A stretch of DNA of 64,000 nucleotides from a virus (IMGVR_UViG_2927464213_000002:32001-96000); one strand, 5' to 3'. Numbered from the stretch's first letter, positions 1-9,657 are shown. Numbers and translations: made by a program. Notes: generated from the letters alone by a model not told the origin.

Positions 1-588
1 AGCCCGATCGTGGAACTCGCGGATGTCCTCACGGCGAACCGGGAAGGACACTTCGAGGCCGGTCGGCTCGTCGGACGGTGCCTCGATCAGCAGACGCATG
101 GTCGGCGCACCGCTCTGCGAGAGCGAGAGCACATAGGTCCGCATCATGCCGCCGTGGTAGGACGTCACGGTGTAGGAGCCGGAGCCCGAGTCCGAGATCA
201 GGTAGGCATAGGGGCTCTTCGAGCCGAGACCCCAGCCGCCGACCTGGTCGTTGCTGCCGCGCTTGGTCGAAGCGTAGAGGCGGGCGTAGACGTTCTTCAT
301 GTCCTCGGGCGACATCCCGGGGCCGAAGTCACGGAACGAGATCGTCGGCGAGAGCGGCGTCGGCAGCCGGATCTGCGGGATCTTGTCCTCCGGGATGTCG
401 TCGCCGTACTTCAGGCGCGAGCCGTCCCACATGTTCGTCGTCAGCTCGCGGATCGGGTAGCCGATCTTGTCCTTCGCCAGACCGGAGATCTGAGCGTAGA
501 ACGCCACCGCGTTGGCTTCGAACGAGATAGCGACTTCATCCTGCACTCCAGAGGCGACGTCCACATGCTCTTGCAATCCGAGTTTCAT
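1..588 (-). CDS. rIIA: rIIA-like protein, N-terminal GHKL ATPase domain (runs off window start)
   Basis: Own translation: MKLGLQEH...PIRELTTNMWD...FRDFGPGMS...YASTKRGSNDQVGGWGLGSKSPYAY; GHKL N/G1/G2 boxes in the rIIA pattern; AAGGA RBS. Confidence 0.8.
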   Translation of the reverse strand, partial: MKLGLQEHVDVASGVQDEVAISFEANAVAFYAQISGLAKDKIGYPIRELTTNMWDGSRLKYGDDIPEDKIPQIRLPTPLSPTISFRDFGPGMSPEDMKNVYARLYASTKRGSNDQVGGWGLGSKSPYAYLISDSGSGSYTVTSYHGGMMRTYVLSLSQSGAPTMRLLIEAPSDEPTGLEVSFPVRREDIREFHDRA

Positions 589-627
589 TGTTCAGTGTCC
601 TTTGTTTCGTGATGTCGTTGGTGGCGA

Positions 628-1644
628 TCAGGCGCTGAGCAGGCCTTCGTCGTCGAAGAGATCGAGGAACGAGGACTGGCGGTGAGGCCGGTTGATGAGG
701 TAGATGGCGTCATCCAGCTCTTCGGAGCTGACGTTGCTGTCAGCCAGGTACCGAGCGACCTGCCGCGGGTACTTGAAGACCAGATCCTCGAGTTCACGCT
801 GGCGCAGCTGCTTCAGCATCCGCATGGTTCGCGCGGTCCTGCTGTCGCCGAAGCTGCTGCCAGCCGACGAGCCCGACCAGGTTGAGCGCTTCACCTCCGG
901 CTCCGTGGCCTTCGGATTGCGCTCGATGACGAACTTCGAGGCGTCGATCTTGACCATGTGATCGCGCAGCTCGAACAGGTGCTGGACGCACTGCGTCTCG
1001 CGATCAGTGTGCTCGTTCTCGTACCCGACCGAGACATTCGAGCACTCCGGCACGATGCCCATGTAGATCTTGGTGTCGGTCAGGATGCCGGTCGGGTCGT
1101 TCTTGAACCGGCTCGGCAGCTGAGCAGCCAGCGAGTCGCCGAATGCATCCGACGCCGTCCGTCCCCGCTGGTGGGTGATGACGGACGTGAAGCCGCGTCG
1201 ATCGAAGGCGATGGCGGCCTGGATGCCGGCCAGGAACTCCGGCGTCTCGTTGGCGATGCCACCCGAGCCCTTGCAGCCAACCTCTTCCCCGAAGTGGAAG
1301 ACGTACAGACCTGGCACCTTGGCCTCGATCATCTTGATCATGATGAAGTTGCCGGCCGCGTCGTCAGCTCCGAGGCAGTTCGACTTGGACTTCTTCGGCA
1401 GGTGGATCTTGGTGCCGGTCATCTCGATCTGCTGGAAGCCCTCATCCCGGTGGACGCTGTCCGTGTGGGAGGACCAGAGGATCATCGGCTTCTCCTCGCC
1501 GACGATCATGAACCGGTTGCCGAACTTGTCGGTCTGCACCCCGAGCGGGGTGATGAACCGATCGATGTAGGCAAGCTCGGTCTTCGAGCCGTAGGGACGA
1601 CGATGCGAGAGCATCGCCTTGAGCATCTCAAGGTCGTTGGACAT
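628..1644 (-). CDS. Zn-dependent M20/M28-type peptidase-like protein
   Basis: SHTDSVH, GADDAAG, GEEVGCKGS, AFDRRG, SVGYENEHT metal-ligand motifs; start moved to MSNDL after RBS. Confidence 0.8.
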   Translation of the reverse strand: MSNDLEMLKAMLSHRRPYGSKTELAYIDRFITPLGVQTDKFGNRFMIVGEEKPMILWSSHTDSVHRDEGFQQIEMTGTKIHLPKKSKSNCLGADDAAGNFIMIKMIEAKVPGLYVFHFGEEVGCKGSGGIANETPEFLAGIQAAIAFDRRGFTSVITHQRGRTASDAFGDSLAAQLPSRFKNDPTGILTDTKIYMGIVPECSNVSVGYENEHTDRETQCVQHLFELRDHMVKIDASKFVIERNPKATEPEVKRSTWSGSSAGSSFGDSRTARTMRMLKQLRQRELEDLVFKYPRQVARYLADSNVSSEELDDAIYLINRPHRQSSFLDLFDDEGLLSA

Positions 1645-1660
1645 TTCAGTTCCTGTCGGG

Positions 1661-3256
1661 TTAGCGGGTTGGATCGTAGTCGTACCGAGCGGCCGGCTCA
1701 GGGAGGCCCCGGAGCATCTGGTCGCGCAGTTGTCGGTCGATGAGATCACCCATGTAGCGGGTCATCTCTTCTTGCTGGCGCGGATCGAGCTGAGCGAACG
1801 GATCGTCGATGATCACCTGGTCAGCCTGCCGACCGGTGACGCGAGTTTCGACCGTGTTGGTGACGGCGTTGTACTCGCGCTCAAAGCGGCTCTTGCTCAG
1901 GTACCGCATGTCGCGGCGCCAGGGCTTCTCACCGATGAGATCGCCGATGGTGACGTTGCTCCAGCGATCGGCTTCGATCTCCCGGACCTTCTTGGCCGGC
2001 AGCTCTTTGCCGTCGTCATCGAAGCGCCACGCCACGCTGTTGTGGACACGGCGGTCGCCCTTCTGAACCATCTCGGTCTTGGGATAGTTCTTCTTGGTGA
2101 CGGCGCAGTGCTCGCCGTGTTCGGCGAAGTGGTCGTGACCCCAGTAGATGCCTGGCGTGGCCATCGTGACCCGGAACTCATTGGAGTAGAGTTTGCCGGA
2201 GCCCGAGCAGGTGAAGGCGTGAGAGTCGTACGCCTGCTTGGACCATTCCAGGTTGACACCGTGGACCAACTTAAAGCTGTGCGCCGGCTGCCCGGTGCGC
2301 ATCTTCGGGCAGTACTGGTAGAGCATCGATCGCCCCGAACTGCCGCCACAGCTGATGTACTTCGTGCCGAGCGGAAGGTTCGCCAGAATGCCGTCGTAGG
2401 TCTCGAAGTGATCGCCCTTCAGGATGACCATCTCGATGTCGTCGAAGTACGGCATGACGTACTCCCACATTCGCTCCGGGTGCTCGATCTTCAGGAGCTT
2501 CGCACCAGGTGGGAACTTGCCTTCGTCAGCGCGCAGATAGTTGTAACCCTCCGCCTTCATCGCAGCGATCATGCGCTCGATGTCGCCGTAGCAGCGGCCG
2601 AAGATCTTCTTCTCGGGCCAGCACAGGCAGCGAGACTGGATGCGGCCATCGGCGTTCTTGGTGTAGGCCACAGCCAGGTCGCCGGCCCCGTAGGGCTCGG
2701 TCGGCCAGTGCGGCTCCATCCCGGCGAAGGTGTGCTTCGCGTCCATGCACGAGCCGGGGCCCGTCTTGTAGACGTGGACGATTTCCTCCGGGCTGAACGC
2801 GAAGAAGATCTCGCCGTTCGGGTCGATCGCAGCGATCAGCTTGCGACGGTGTGCATCCGGGATCTTGCCATCAGCCTCGTAGAACCGGGTGATGTACCGG
2901 CCCGGATTGAGCGAGGTCGTGCGGTCGATCGTGCCGTGCTCGTCGCTCTCGGTGAAGGCGATCTTGGTGGCGTCGCGCGGGCAGATGTGCGCGAAGTGAT
3001 CCTTGATCGGTTCAAGGTCCCACGCCGCAGGCAGCGCCTTCAGTGCGCCGGTCGCGAGCCGTTCCTGCTGTCGGCCGCGCCAGTCCGGCGCCTGCGCCAT
3101 GCGGCGAGGCTGCACCTTGTAGCCGCGCTGCTCGGTGAGGGTCTTGGCGAATTTCGCCGCTTCGCTGCCCTTGTCGTAAGGGCCGAAGTCCGGGATCGGC
3201 ACATCTTGCATGCCACCGTTCCCGTCCGGTTCGAGCCGGACTAGGTAGAACGACAT
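1661..3256 (-). CDS. Phage hypothetical protein (GPGSCM motif, Cys/His-rich C-terminal part)
   Basis: Long ORF, GC3-rich codons, GGAGGA RBS before MSFYL. Confidence 0.75.
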   Translation of the reverse strand: MSFYLVRLEPDGNGGMQDVPIPDFGPYDKGSEAAKFAKTLTEQRGYKVQPRRMAQAPDWRGRQQERLATGALKALPAAWDLEPIKDHFAHICPRDATKIAFTESDEHGTIDRTTSLNPGRYITRFYEADGKIPDAHRRKLIAAIDPNGEIFFAFSPEEIVHVYKTGPGSCMDAKHTFAGMEPHWPTEPYGAGDLAVAYTKNADGRIQSRCLCWPEKKIFGRCYGDIERMIAAMKAEGYNYLRADEGKFPPGAKLLKIEHPERMWEYVMPYFDDIEMVILKGDHFETYDGILANLPLGTKYISCGGSSGRSMLYQYCPKMRTGQPAHSFKLVHGVNLEWSKQAYDSHAFTCSGSGKLYSNEFRVTMATPGIYWGHDHFAEHGEHCAVTKKNYPKTEMVQKGDRRVHNSVAWRFDDDGKELPAKKVREIEADRWSNVTIGDLIGEKPWRRDMRYLSKSRFEREYNAVTNTVETRVTGRQADQVIIDDPFAQLDPRQQEEMTRYMGDLIDRQLRDQMLRGLPEPAARYDYDPTR

Positions 3257-3439
3257 TGAAGTCCTCCATTTGCTCTGATTTGCATTCAAGCTAACGTGCA
3301 GGCGCACGTATCCCGTTGGTGGTGCAGGGAAACCCTTTGAAATAGGAGGATCGCCCGGCTGCCGTTCTTGCGTCAGTATTTGCATTCATGCGCATGAAAG
3401 CGCAAGAGTTATTTACAAACAACCGCCTTCTAACGCGGT

Positions 3440-3706
3440 CTATCTCGCGGATTGTAGAAGCGGACCCGCCGCACGGGGCCGGACTTCGGCTTTTTGACCA
3501 TTGCTCCAACTCATTGGTGGTGAAAATCGAGGTGGAAGCTGAGGGCTGGTCTGTCCCTTGCGTTGTAGTACCGGATCTTTCGCATTCTCACGGCTCCGTC
3601 TCATGGAGTGGGTGGTAGTACGAGAAGATGCAGGGTCGGTCTGTCCCGAGAGTTGAACAGGCGGAACCTCCTGATGGTCCCGCAGAAGTTTAGTGTGAGC
3701 ATTCAT
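3440..3706 (-). CDS. Possible small hypothetical protein (MNAHTK...)
   Basis: GAGGAG RBS and ATG, but atypical codon usage; may be non-coding. Confidence 0.3.
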   Translation of the reverse strand: MNAHTKLLRDHQEVPPVQLSGQTDPASSRTTTHSMRRSRENAKDPVLQRKGQTSPQLPPRFSPPMSWSNGQKAEVRPRAAGPLLQSAR

Positions 3707-3867
3707 GCTCCTCATTTTTGTTTGACGCGCTCTCGGTGTGAGTCGTCTGTTCGTCAAGTTCCCTGCCTACAGTGATGCTAGTCGTAGAGTGACGCCGAAG
3801 CCCAACCGAGCACTTCGAACGTCGGCGGTTGATGGGGACCTCATCAAGCATCCCCAGTTAGACCCGA

Positions 3868-4059
3868 TCAGGTTTCCTCGACGACGTAGTCGATGAGGAA
3901 TGACTCGAGTCCATCCTTGTGCGCCGCGTCACATGCCTCATGGATGCTGAGGTATGCGCCGTGCCAGCGTTTTCCTGGCCACTTGGCGCGAAGCGTGTTG
4001 CCGTTCAGCCTGGCGTACAGCACAGGCTTGCCGGCTTGTTCGTCAGAGACCTCGGACAC
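3868..4059 (-). CDS. Hypothetical protein
   Basis: GTG start with GAGGGG RBS; operon packing. Confidence 0.55.
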   Translation of the reverse strand: MSEVSDEQAGKPVLYARLNGNTLRAKWPGKRWHGAYLSIHEACDAAHKDGLESFLIDYVVEET

Positions 4060-4228
4060 GATCGATCCCCTCGAACGCGCGGACCTGCTCGCGGATGCCG
4101 GCGATTGTGATCGCGGCTTCCACACGGTCTTCTTCGATCATCGCCAGCGTTGCGTCGCGGCGCCGACGCTCCAGGTCAGCCCACGATCCACGGTAGGGCG
4201 TGATCGGTCCCTTGGTTGAAAGTCCCAT
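4043..4228 (-). CDS. Hypothetical protein
   Basis: 61-aa ORF abutting neighbours, GGAGA RBS. Confidence 0.55.
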   Translation of the reverse strand: MGLSTKGPITPYRGSWADLERRRRDATLAMIEEDRVEAAITIAGIREQVRAFEGIDRVRGL

Positions 4229-4229
4229 G

Positions 4230-4961
4230 TTATTCGTCTCTCCAGTCGATGGTGAAGGTCCCCTCGGGACCTGGTATGAGCGCAGCGTCGAAGAACTCGA
4301 TCGCCTTGCGGATTGCGGTCATGTTCGGCTTGCTGCCGCGCTGGGCTCGGAGCGCGGCGCAGCTAGTGAAGTAGAGCCCTGTGCCCAGCTCGGCATCGAG
4401 GGCCCGCACCGAGAAGCCATCCTCCCGGGCTCGCTTGCGGATAGCGTCCGCCAACGGCTCACCGAGGATCTTCAGCGGCTGCTCCTTGTTGTTGAACAGT
4501 GCGACGCCCAGCTCCTGGGCGCGCTTGGTGATGTCCCACTTCGTGCGGTGCGGCAGGATGTGGGTGATGCCGGTGGCGCCCTTGGTCGGAGCGTGCCGCC
4601 TGATCTCTTCGTCTTCGCCATGTGTGAACGGCGGCCGGCGATAGGTGAAACCGGTGGAGCCACGCTTGCCCGAGATCGAGTTGCGAGACCGACCGGGCAG
4701 CAAGCCCTGCAGGTCATGCAGTCTCAGATGCCGATTGCGCTTGATGATGTCGATCTCGGCGTTGGTGTACTGCTTGCCGCACCTGACGAAGAAGCCGTCA
4801 TCGGACCTCTCGGCACCAGAATTTCTCTTGGCAGGATGGGCACTCGATGACCTCGCTGGACCGATCTCCTTCTTCGTGGAAGTCGTAGTCGCAATATGGG
4901 CAATCGAAATGGGTTCTGATGTAGCCAAGGACGTGTTCAGAGCAGCTCTCACGGGGATCAC
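4230..4961 (-). CDS. Putative DNA-binding protein with tandem Myb/SANT-like repeats and C-terminal HTH-like region
   Basis: Repeated YTNAEIDIIKR..LPGRSRNSI / FTHGEDEEIRR..LPHRTKWDI..RAQELG. Confidence 0.6.
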   Translation of the reverse strand: MIPVRAALNTSLATSEPISIAHIATTTSTKKEIGPARSSSAHPAKRNSGAERSDDGFFVRCGKQYTNAEIDIIKRNRHLRLHDLQGLLPGRSRNSISGKRGSTGFTYRRPPFTHGEDEEIRRHAPTKGATGITHILPHRTKWDITKRAQELGVALFNNKEQPLKILGEPLADAIRKRAREDGFSVRALDAELGTGLYFTSCAALRAQRGSKPNMTAIRKAIEFFDAALIPGPEGTFTIDWRDE

Positions 4962-5165
4962 TCATGTGCGGGCAAATCGCTTGTTGATGTCGACGAAGCG
5001 CCGCTCTTGCCGGCGCTGCCGTCCTCGGTCTGATTTCGAGAACGGCTCGTAGTGGCGTTTCCAGGTGCTCGTTTCGAGCGGGAAGCGGAACGCGGCACCG
5101 ATGGCGCGCTGGTCAGGTTTTCCCTTGCAGCACGGGTGACGCATTCGGCGATACTGTTGAAGCAT
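4962..5165 (-). CDS. Small basic hypothetical protein
   Basis: AAGGAG RBS, ATG, abuts next gene. Confidence 0.45.
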   Translation of the reverse strand: MLQQYRRMRHPCCKGKPDQRAIGAAFRFPLETSTWKRHYEPFSKSDRGRQRRQERRFVDINKRFART

Positions 5166-5409
5166 TGGAGCGCTCCTTCTGCAGTCGGCAGGCGAGATAG
5201 GGACCGTTGCTGCCGGCCATCTCGCGCAGCTCCAGCGGTTTCGGGCAGCCGATCTCCCAGTTGCCGCACTGTTCGCAGGTCCCACCGCGACCGCAGCTGT
5301 AGATGCCGGTCACCTGGGTGCAGACTTGGCGCGGAAGGGGGAGGCTGCTGTTGCCCTCGTCGCAACCGGCGAGCAGCAACGCGGCGATGAGGATGACGGC
5401 TCGCTTCAT
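5113..5409 (-). CDS. Cys-rich lipoprotein
   Basis: MKRAVILIAALLLAGC lipobox; six further Cys. Confidence 0.7.
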   Translation of the reverse strand: MKRAVILIAALLLAGCDEGNSSLPLPRQVCTQVTGIYSCGRGGTCEQCGNWEIGCPKPLELREMAGSNGPYLACRLQKERSNASTVSPNASPVLQGKT

Positions 5410-5783
5410 GCTGCGAACCTTGTCTCGTGACGATAGCGCTGCGGCTTCGGCGCCTCGTACCAGAAGGCGATGCGCGGCGGCTCTTCGTAGACCGCTATGA
5501 CGGTCGGCGAACGGCCCATGCGCTTCGTGTACCAGCTGGCGGATTTGCGCAGCGTCTTGCCGCTCTCGCGAGCGGTGTCGATCAGCAGCAGCTCGAACTT
5601 GTCCGGCACGTTGGCGCCGAACGGGATGAAGGGGATGCCAAGGATGTGGGAGGCGTAGACCGCGGCGACAGCGCCCGATCGGCCGGGGCCGGTGACGCAT
5701 CCGACGTGCTCAACCCGCTGGTTGAAGAGGACGGTTCTGATGCGCTGAGCAAACTCAGCTTCGGAGACGATGCGGATGGTCAT
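5406..5783 (-). CDS. Minimal phosphoribosyltransferase-fold protein
   Basis: VTGPGRSGAVAAVYASHILGIPF and LLLIDTARESGKTL resemble type I PRTase motifs (degenerate DD). Confidence 0.6.
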   Translation of the reverse strand: MTIRIVSEAEFAQRIRTVLFNQRVEHVGCVTGPGRSGAVAAVYASHILGIPFIPFGANVPDKFELLLIDTARESGKTLRKSASWYTKRMGRSPTVIAVYEEPPRIAFWYEAPKPQRYRHETRFAA

Positions 5784-6052
5784 GCCACGGCTTTCTTGTT
5801 GATGGTGTCGATGATGCAGCGGTGTTCCAGGGGATTGTGATCAGCCAGGAACTGCAGCGCTTTCTGGTGGTACTCACTGCCGGCGTTGGCGTAGTCGACG
5901 ACGAGGCGCCACGCTTCCAGGTCATCCCGGAGGCGGTCGCACTCATCGAGCTTCTGCAATTGCCAAGGACCGTTCTCGCTGCCGTCGCAGTCGAAGATGC
6001 CCCAGCCCTGGTCGAAGGCGATGTTGTTGTCGAAGGAAACTCTGTCCGGCAT
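5780..6052 (-). CDS. Hypothetical protein
   Basis: ORF with RBS and ATGA overlap. Confidence 0.65.
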   Translation of the reverse strand: MPDRVSFDNNIAFDQGWGIFDCDGSENGPWQLQKLDECDRLRDDLEAWRLVVDYANAGSEYHQKALQFLADHNPLEHRCIIDTINKKAVA

Positions 6053-6109
6053 GTCGATCTCCAAAGGGAAGGGTGCCCGCCCTCCGAAGAGGACGGGCAG
6101 TTGTTGGGA

Positions 6110-7168
6110 TCAGCGGATGTTCTTGTTCAGCGCCCAGTACGGGTTGGTCCCGTCCTGCGGCTTGACGAACAGCGTCTGGTAGGCGTGATCGCGGGTCTTG
6201 ATGACCTCGACCTGGCGGGTGCCGAAGCGCTGGCGATAGGCCGACACGGTCTGTCCCGGGGCGATCAGGCGCCCGTTCACCCACTTCGCATCCGGATGCG
6301 GCGGAGCAGCCTCGACGACCGCGGCGACAACCTCGTCGCCGGCATCGTCGCCACCCTCGTCGTGCTCCTCTTCCTCGTTGAAGTCCGAACCGTCGCCCTC
6401 GACGACGGTCGACTCGACGACGGCGCTGGCCGAGACGCGCGGCGGGATGACGATCGGGAAGATGCCGAACAGATCTTGGTGGTGGTAGTCGCGCTTGGCT
6501 GCCGCCTCGCTGTCGTAGACCGTCTCGTCGGCGGTGATGACGCGCTCATCGTCGATGAACAGGCGAACGAACTTGGTCTGCGGTTCGGTCGAGATGTTCT
6601 CGAACACCCAGTCGCCGCGGATGTCGTCACCGTCCAGGTCGAACTGGAGGACGACGCGCTCACCCTCGTTGTCGTGGTAGCCGGCGATCACCACCGGATG
6701 GGTGGCATCGGCCAGCACCGAGAGGATCACGACCTCCGTGAGGAAGTCCTGGCTGTCGTCGGTCCGGTAGATCTCGAACGGCTTGTTGAAGTCGACCTTG
6801 CCGACCGGATATTTCGGCGGCGAGGGCGGTGCTTCCGGCGCCGGCAGCGCTTCGACCACCGGCTCTTCGGCCGTGATGGTGGCGAACACTTCCTGGGTCG
6901 AGACGCCGGCAGCGAAGACTTCCGAGGTCTCGGCGACCGGCTGCGAACCGATAGCGGCGGCGAGCAGGGCGCCGTTGTCGATCTCGCTGGTCAGGCCCGA
7001 GGCTTCCGTGCCTGCAGCCTGGTCAGCCTGCATGTCGGCGCGGTTGAGGTAGCCGGACATGCTGACGACGGACGCCGTCTCGGTCGGAGCGGGCAACAGG
7101 TTGGTCGGCTGCTGCTCATTCGCGAGGACGAGACCGTAGGTGGACGTTTGGCCCATGGTGGGGTCCAT
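6110..7168 (-). CDS. Acidic hypothetical protein
   Basis: 352-aa ORF, AAGGAG RBS, strong codon bias. Confidence 0.75.
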   Translation of the reverse strand: MDPTMGQTSTYGLVLANEQQPTNLLPAPTETASVVSMSGYLNRADMQADQAAGTEASGLTSEIDNGALLAAAIGSQPVAETSEVFAAGVSTQEVFATITAEEPVVEALPAPEAPPSPPKYPVGKVDFNKPFEIYRTDDSQDFLTEVVILSVLADATHPVVIAGYHDNEGERVVLQFDLDGDDIRGDWVFENISTEPQTKFVRLFIDDERVITADETVYDSEAAAKRDYHHQDLFGIFPIVIPPRVSASAVVESTVVEGDGSDFNEEEEHDEGGDDAGDEVVAAVVEAAPPHPDAKWVNGRLIAPGQTVSAYRQRFGTRQVEVIKTRDHAYQTLFVKPQDGTNPYWALNKNIR

Positions 7169-7336
7169 TTGCAGTTCTCCTTTGGTGGTTGCGGCCGACT
7201 GGTTGAGGTCACCCCGTCAGTGACGGCGGCCCGCGCTTGGATTGACGGGGTGTTTCGCTGCGCGCCTATAGACCACCGTTTGCATTCATTGCAAGTGCAA
7301 ATTTGCATTTAAGCAAACGTTCAGGTATAGGGAGGC

Positions 7337-7789
7337 ATGCAGAAAACTGAATTGGTCTATGGGTTACCTTGGCTCCAGACGAAGCCGGAACGCGCAATAT
7401 TCGATGAACTTCAGTTCGCCTGCGTCTATGCAGCCGGCCCCCTCGGGGGTCGGCCGCTACGGCTCGGTGCCTCGACCAACCTCAAGAAGCGGATCGAGTG
7501 CCTGCAGCCCGGTAGCTGGGAGCCGCTGAAGATCCATCATGCGATCTGGACCACGAACGAGGCGTTCGCCGTCAGGATCTTCAACGATGCCGCTGCCATG
7601 TTCGACAAGGCAAACCGCCGCCTGGTCGGTGACTGGTTCGACGTGACGCCGGAGTTCGCCGTCCAGGCATTCCGGCTCGCGGCCGAGAAGGCCAACATCG
7701 GCTTCATCTCGCATGACGTCATGCTGGACAAAGTCAGAGCCATCCGGGAGAAGCGCCTGAACAACGGCATCGTGGTCCGCAAGCGCTAG
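7337..7789 (+). CDS. GIY-YIG / T5orf172(Mug113)-like domain protein, degenerate
   Basis: CVYAAG...LRLGASTNLKKRIECLQPGS...RRLVGDWF; GGGAGG RBS; upstream TTGCAT-N17-TATAGG. Confidence 0.65.
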   Translation: MQKTELVYGLPWLQTKPERAIFDELQFACVYAAGPLGGRPLRLGASTNLKKRIECLQPGSWEPLKIHHAIWTTNEAFAVRIFNDAAAMFDKANRRLVGDWFDVTPEFAVQAFRLAAEKANIGFISHDVMLDKVRAIREKRLNNGIVVRKR

Positions 7790-8133
7790 TTCGGATGGAT
7801 GGTGATGCGCTTGATCACCCTTCCGTCGTTGATCCATCGGCCGATGTCGTCGCCCAGGTTCAGGTTGTCGGAGTATTCGACGCTCCGGCAGCCGTCACTG
7901 TCGATGATCTCGACCATGAAGTTGCCGAGAGCCTCTTCCGTGAAGGTCCCGGTACGCCGATAGCCGCGGCGCCGCTCGATGACGCTGTCGATCTGCTCCT
8001 GGGCCTTGCGGAGAGAGGCGTCCCGGCGACCGTCCATCACCGCCTTGAAGTTTCGATGCCGGCCACTGTAGGATTCCCAGGCCGGTGGATCGAGCGTGTA
8101 GGCCAGCTCCTTAACTTCCTGCGCATACGGCAT
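7786..8133 (-). CDS. Hypothetical protein
   Basis: GAGGA RBS before MPYAQ. Confidence 0.6.
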   Translation of the reverse strand: MPYAQEVKELAYTLDPPAWESYSGRHRNFKAVMDGRRDASLRKAQEQIDSVIERRRGYRRTGTFTEEALGNFMVEIIDSDGCRSVEYSDNLNLGDDIGRWINDGRVIKRITIHPN

Positions 8134-8746
8134 CGGTGCAGTCCTCGATTGCAACTTCACGGGATCGCCGGAGCATGAACTCCAGCGCGCCTTCTCCGTC
8201 ATCCTTCCAGCCGCACTGCGTCGCCAGCTGCAGGAGGTGAGCACCAGTCCGGCGCTGCCGGTCGACCTCCGGTGACATGACTCGAGCTGGCCAGTCCTTG
8301 GGACCGAAGTCGACGACATCGGGCTCTTCGCCGCGTCCGTTCAGCAGCCAGCCGTAGAGGGCGACGTGATAGGCCGCCTTGTACTCCTCGCGGAACACAT
8401 GCGGCGTCACCTCGCGGTCGCCGACCTTGATCGAGACGAAGTAGTCGGTCCTGCCGTCCGACAGGTGCATCGGCTTGATCGATACTTCGGTCGGCGCGAT
8501 GTCCACATCGACCTTCTTCATGTCGACGTGCCTGGCGATCTCCATTGGATCGACGCGGTCTTGCTGGCCGTCCTCTCGGTGGTCGGTCAGCACCAGGAAG
8601 TAGCCGTTCCTGGTGTCGATGCGGATGTTGACGTACTTGAAGCGGCTGTTCTTGATCCACTGGAAGCGCTTCAGCATCGCGATGAAGCGGGTGAGGCCAG
8701 CGTACCAGCGGTTGAACTCGATGCCGTTGTTTGGCCACTCGGTCAT
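8111..8746 (-). CDS. Hypothetical protein
   Basis: 211-aa ORF, operon packing. Confidence 0.65.
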   Translation of the reverse strand: MTEWPNNGIEFNRWYAGLTRFIAMLKRFQWIKNSRFKYVNIRIDTRNGYFLVLTDHREDGQQDRVDPMEIARHVDMKKVDVDIAPTEVSIKPMHLSDGRTDYFVSIKVGDREVTPHVFREEYKAAYHVALYGWLLNGRGEEPDVVDFGPKDWPARVMSPEVDRQRRTGAHLLQLATQCGWKDDGEGALEFMLRRSREVAIEDCTDAVCAGS

Positions 8747-8931
8747 TCTCTGAACTCCAGGCCTTCGGCTTTGGCCCAGGCAATCGCCTCGGGCTTCGCC
8801 AGTTCGGGGGTCTTGTAGGAGCCGATTCCGGTCTGGACCGGCTCCGGAAATCCATCGCTGCCGTCGATGAGCACGGCGAAGAACCCGCGCATGCCCGACG
8901 TGATGGTGACGTAAAGAGGCTCGCCCTTCAT
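8743..8931 (-). CDS. Hypothetical protein
   Basis: 62-aa ORF with ATGA overlaps. Confidence 0.6.
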   Translation of the reverse strand: MKGEPLYVTITSGMRGFFAVLIDGSDGFPEPVQTGIGSYKTPELAKPEAIAWAKAEGLEFRE

Positions 8932-9069
8932 TTCTTGCCCTTCGCTGCCACCCTCTCGCAGTGCCGCAGCATCCAGAGTTTGTCGGTGACCGGGATCAGC
9001 TTGGTGTAGGTCGCCGAGACGACCTCCACTCGAAACTCGATCCCGGCTAAAGTGATGATGCTTCCGTGC

Positions 9070-9657
9070 TCAGGCTGCTGCGGCACGGCGCTCCAGCTCC
9101 TGCTCGGCGAGGCTGACTTGATCGAACGCTGCTCGCCAGATCGAGTACCGGACGTTCCTGATCTTATCGAGGACCAGGATCAGGGCTTTCTTCTCCGGGA
9201 CATAGGTCCGGGCGAACCCGCCGCCGTGCTCCAGGATGTCACGGGTGTTGCTGAGCATGTCAGCGCATTTGACGAACTGTCCCTGCCACGACGCGCCTGC
9301 CAGGAACTGCCGGTCGATCGTCTTGCGCAGGGCACGATTGCCCACGCCGTCCGGCGTCTTGCAGCTGTCCTGGCGGCTCACGTCCGTGACCTCGACCACG
9401 ATGTTGGCGACGACCGCGCCGAAAGCTCCAACCAGCTCCTGGTAGGAGGTGTCGGTATCCTCGATCGTGTCGTGCAGCCAACCGGCGGCGATCACCTCGG
9501 CCGGCGCGGCATACTGGTGCAGCGTCTCCGCGACCTCTTCCAGGTGCAGCCAGTAGGGCGCCTTCGTGAACTTGCGGAGATGCCCTTGGTGCTTCCGTTT
9601 GGCGAAGTCCTCGGCTCTCGTGATCAGGCTGTAGTCCATGTCAGGCGGCTTCCTCAT
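9070..9657 (-). CDS. RelA/SpoT-family HD hydrolase (small alarmone hydrolase, Mesh1-like)
   Basis: FAKRKHQGHLRK..APYWLHLEEVA, AGWLHDTIEDT, EVTD, VKCADMLSN. Confidence 0.88.
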   Translation of the reverse strand: MRKPPDMDYSLITRAEDFAKRKHQGHLRKFTKAPYWLHLEEVAETLHQYAAPAEVIAAGWLHDTIEDTDTSYQELVGAFGAVVANIVVEVTDVSRQDSCKTPDGVGNRALRKTIDRQFLAGASWQGQFVKCADMLSNTRDILEHGGGFARTYVPEKKALILVLDKIRNVRYSIWRAAFDQVSLAEQELERRAAAA

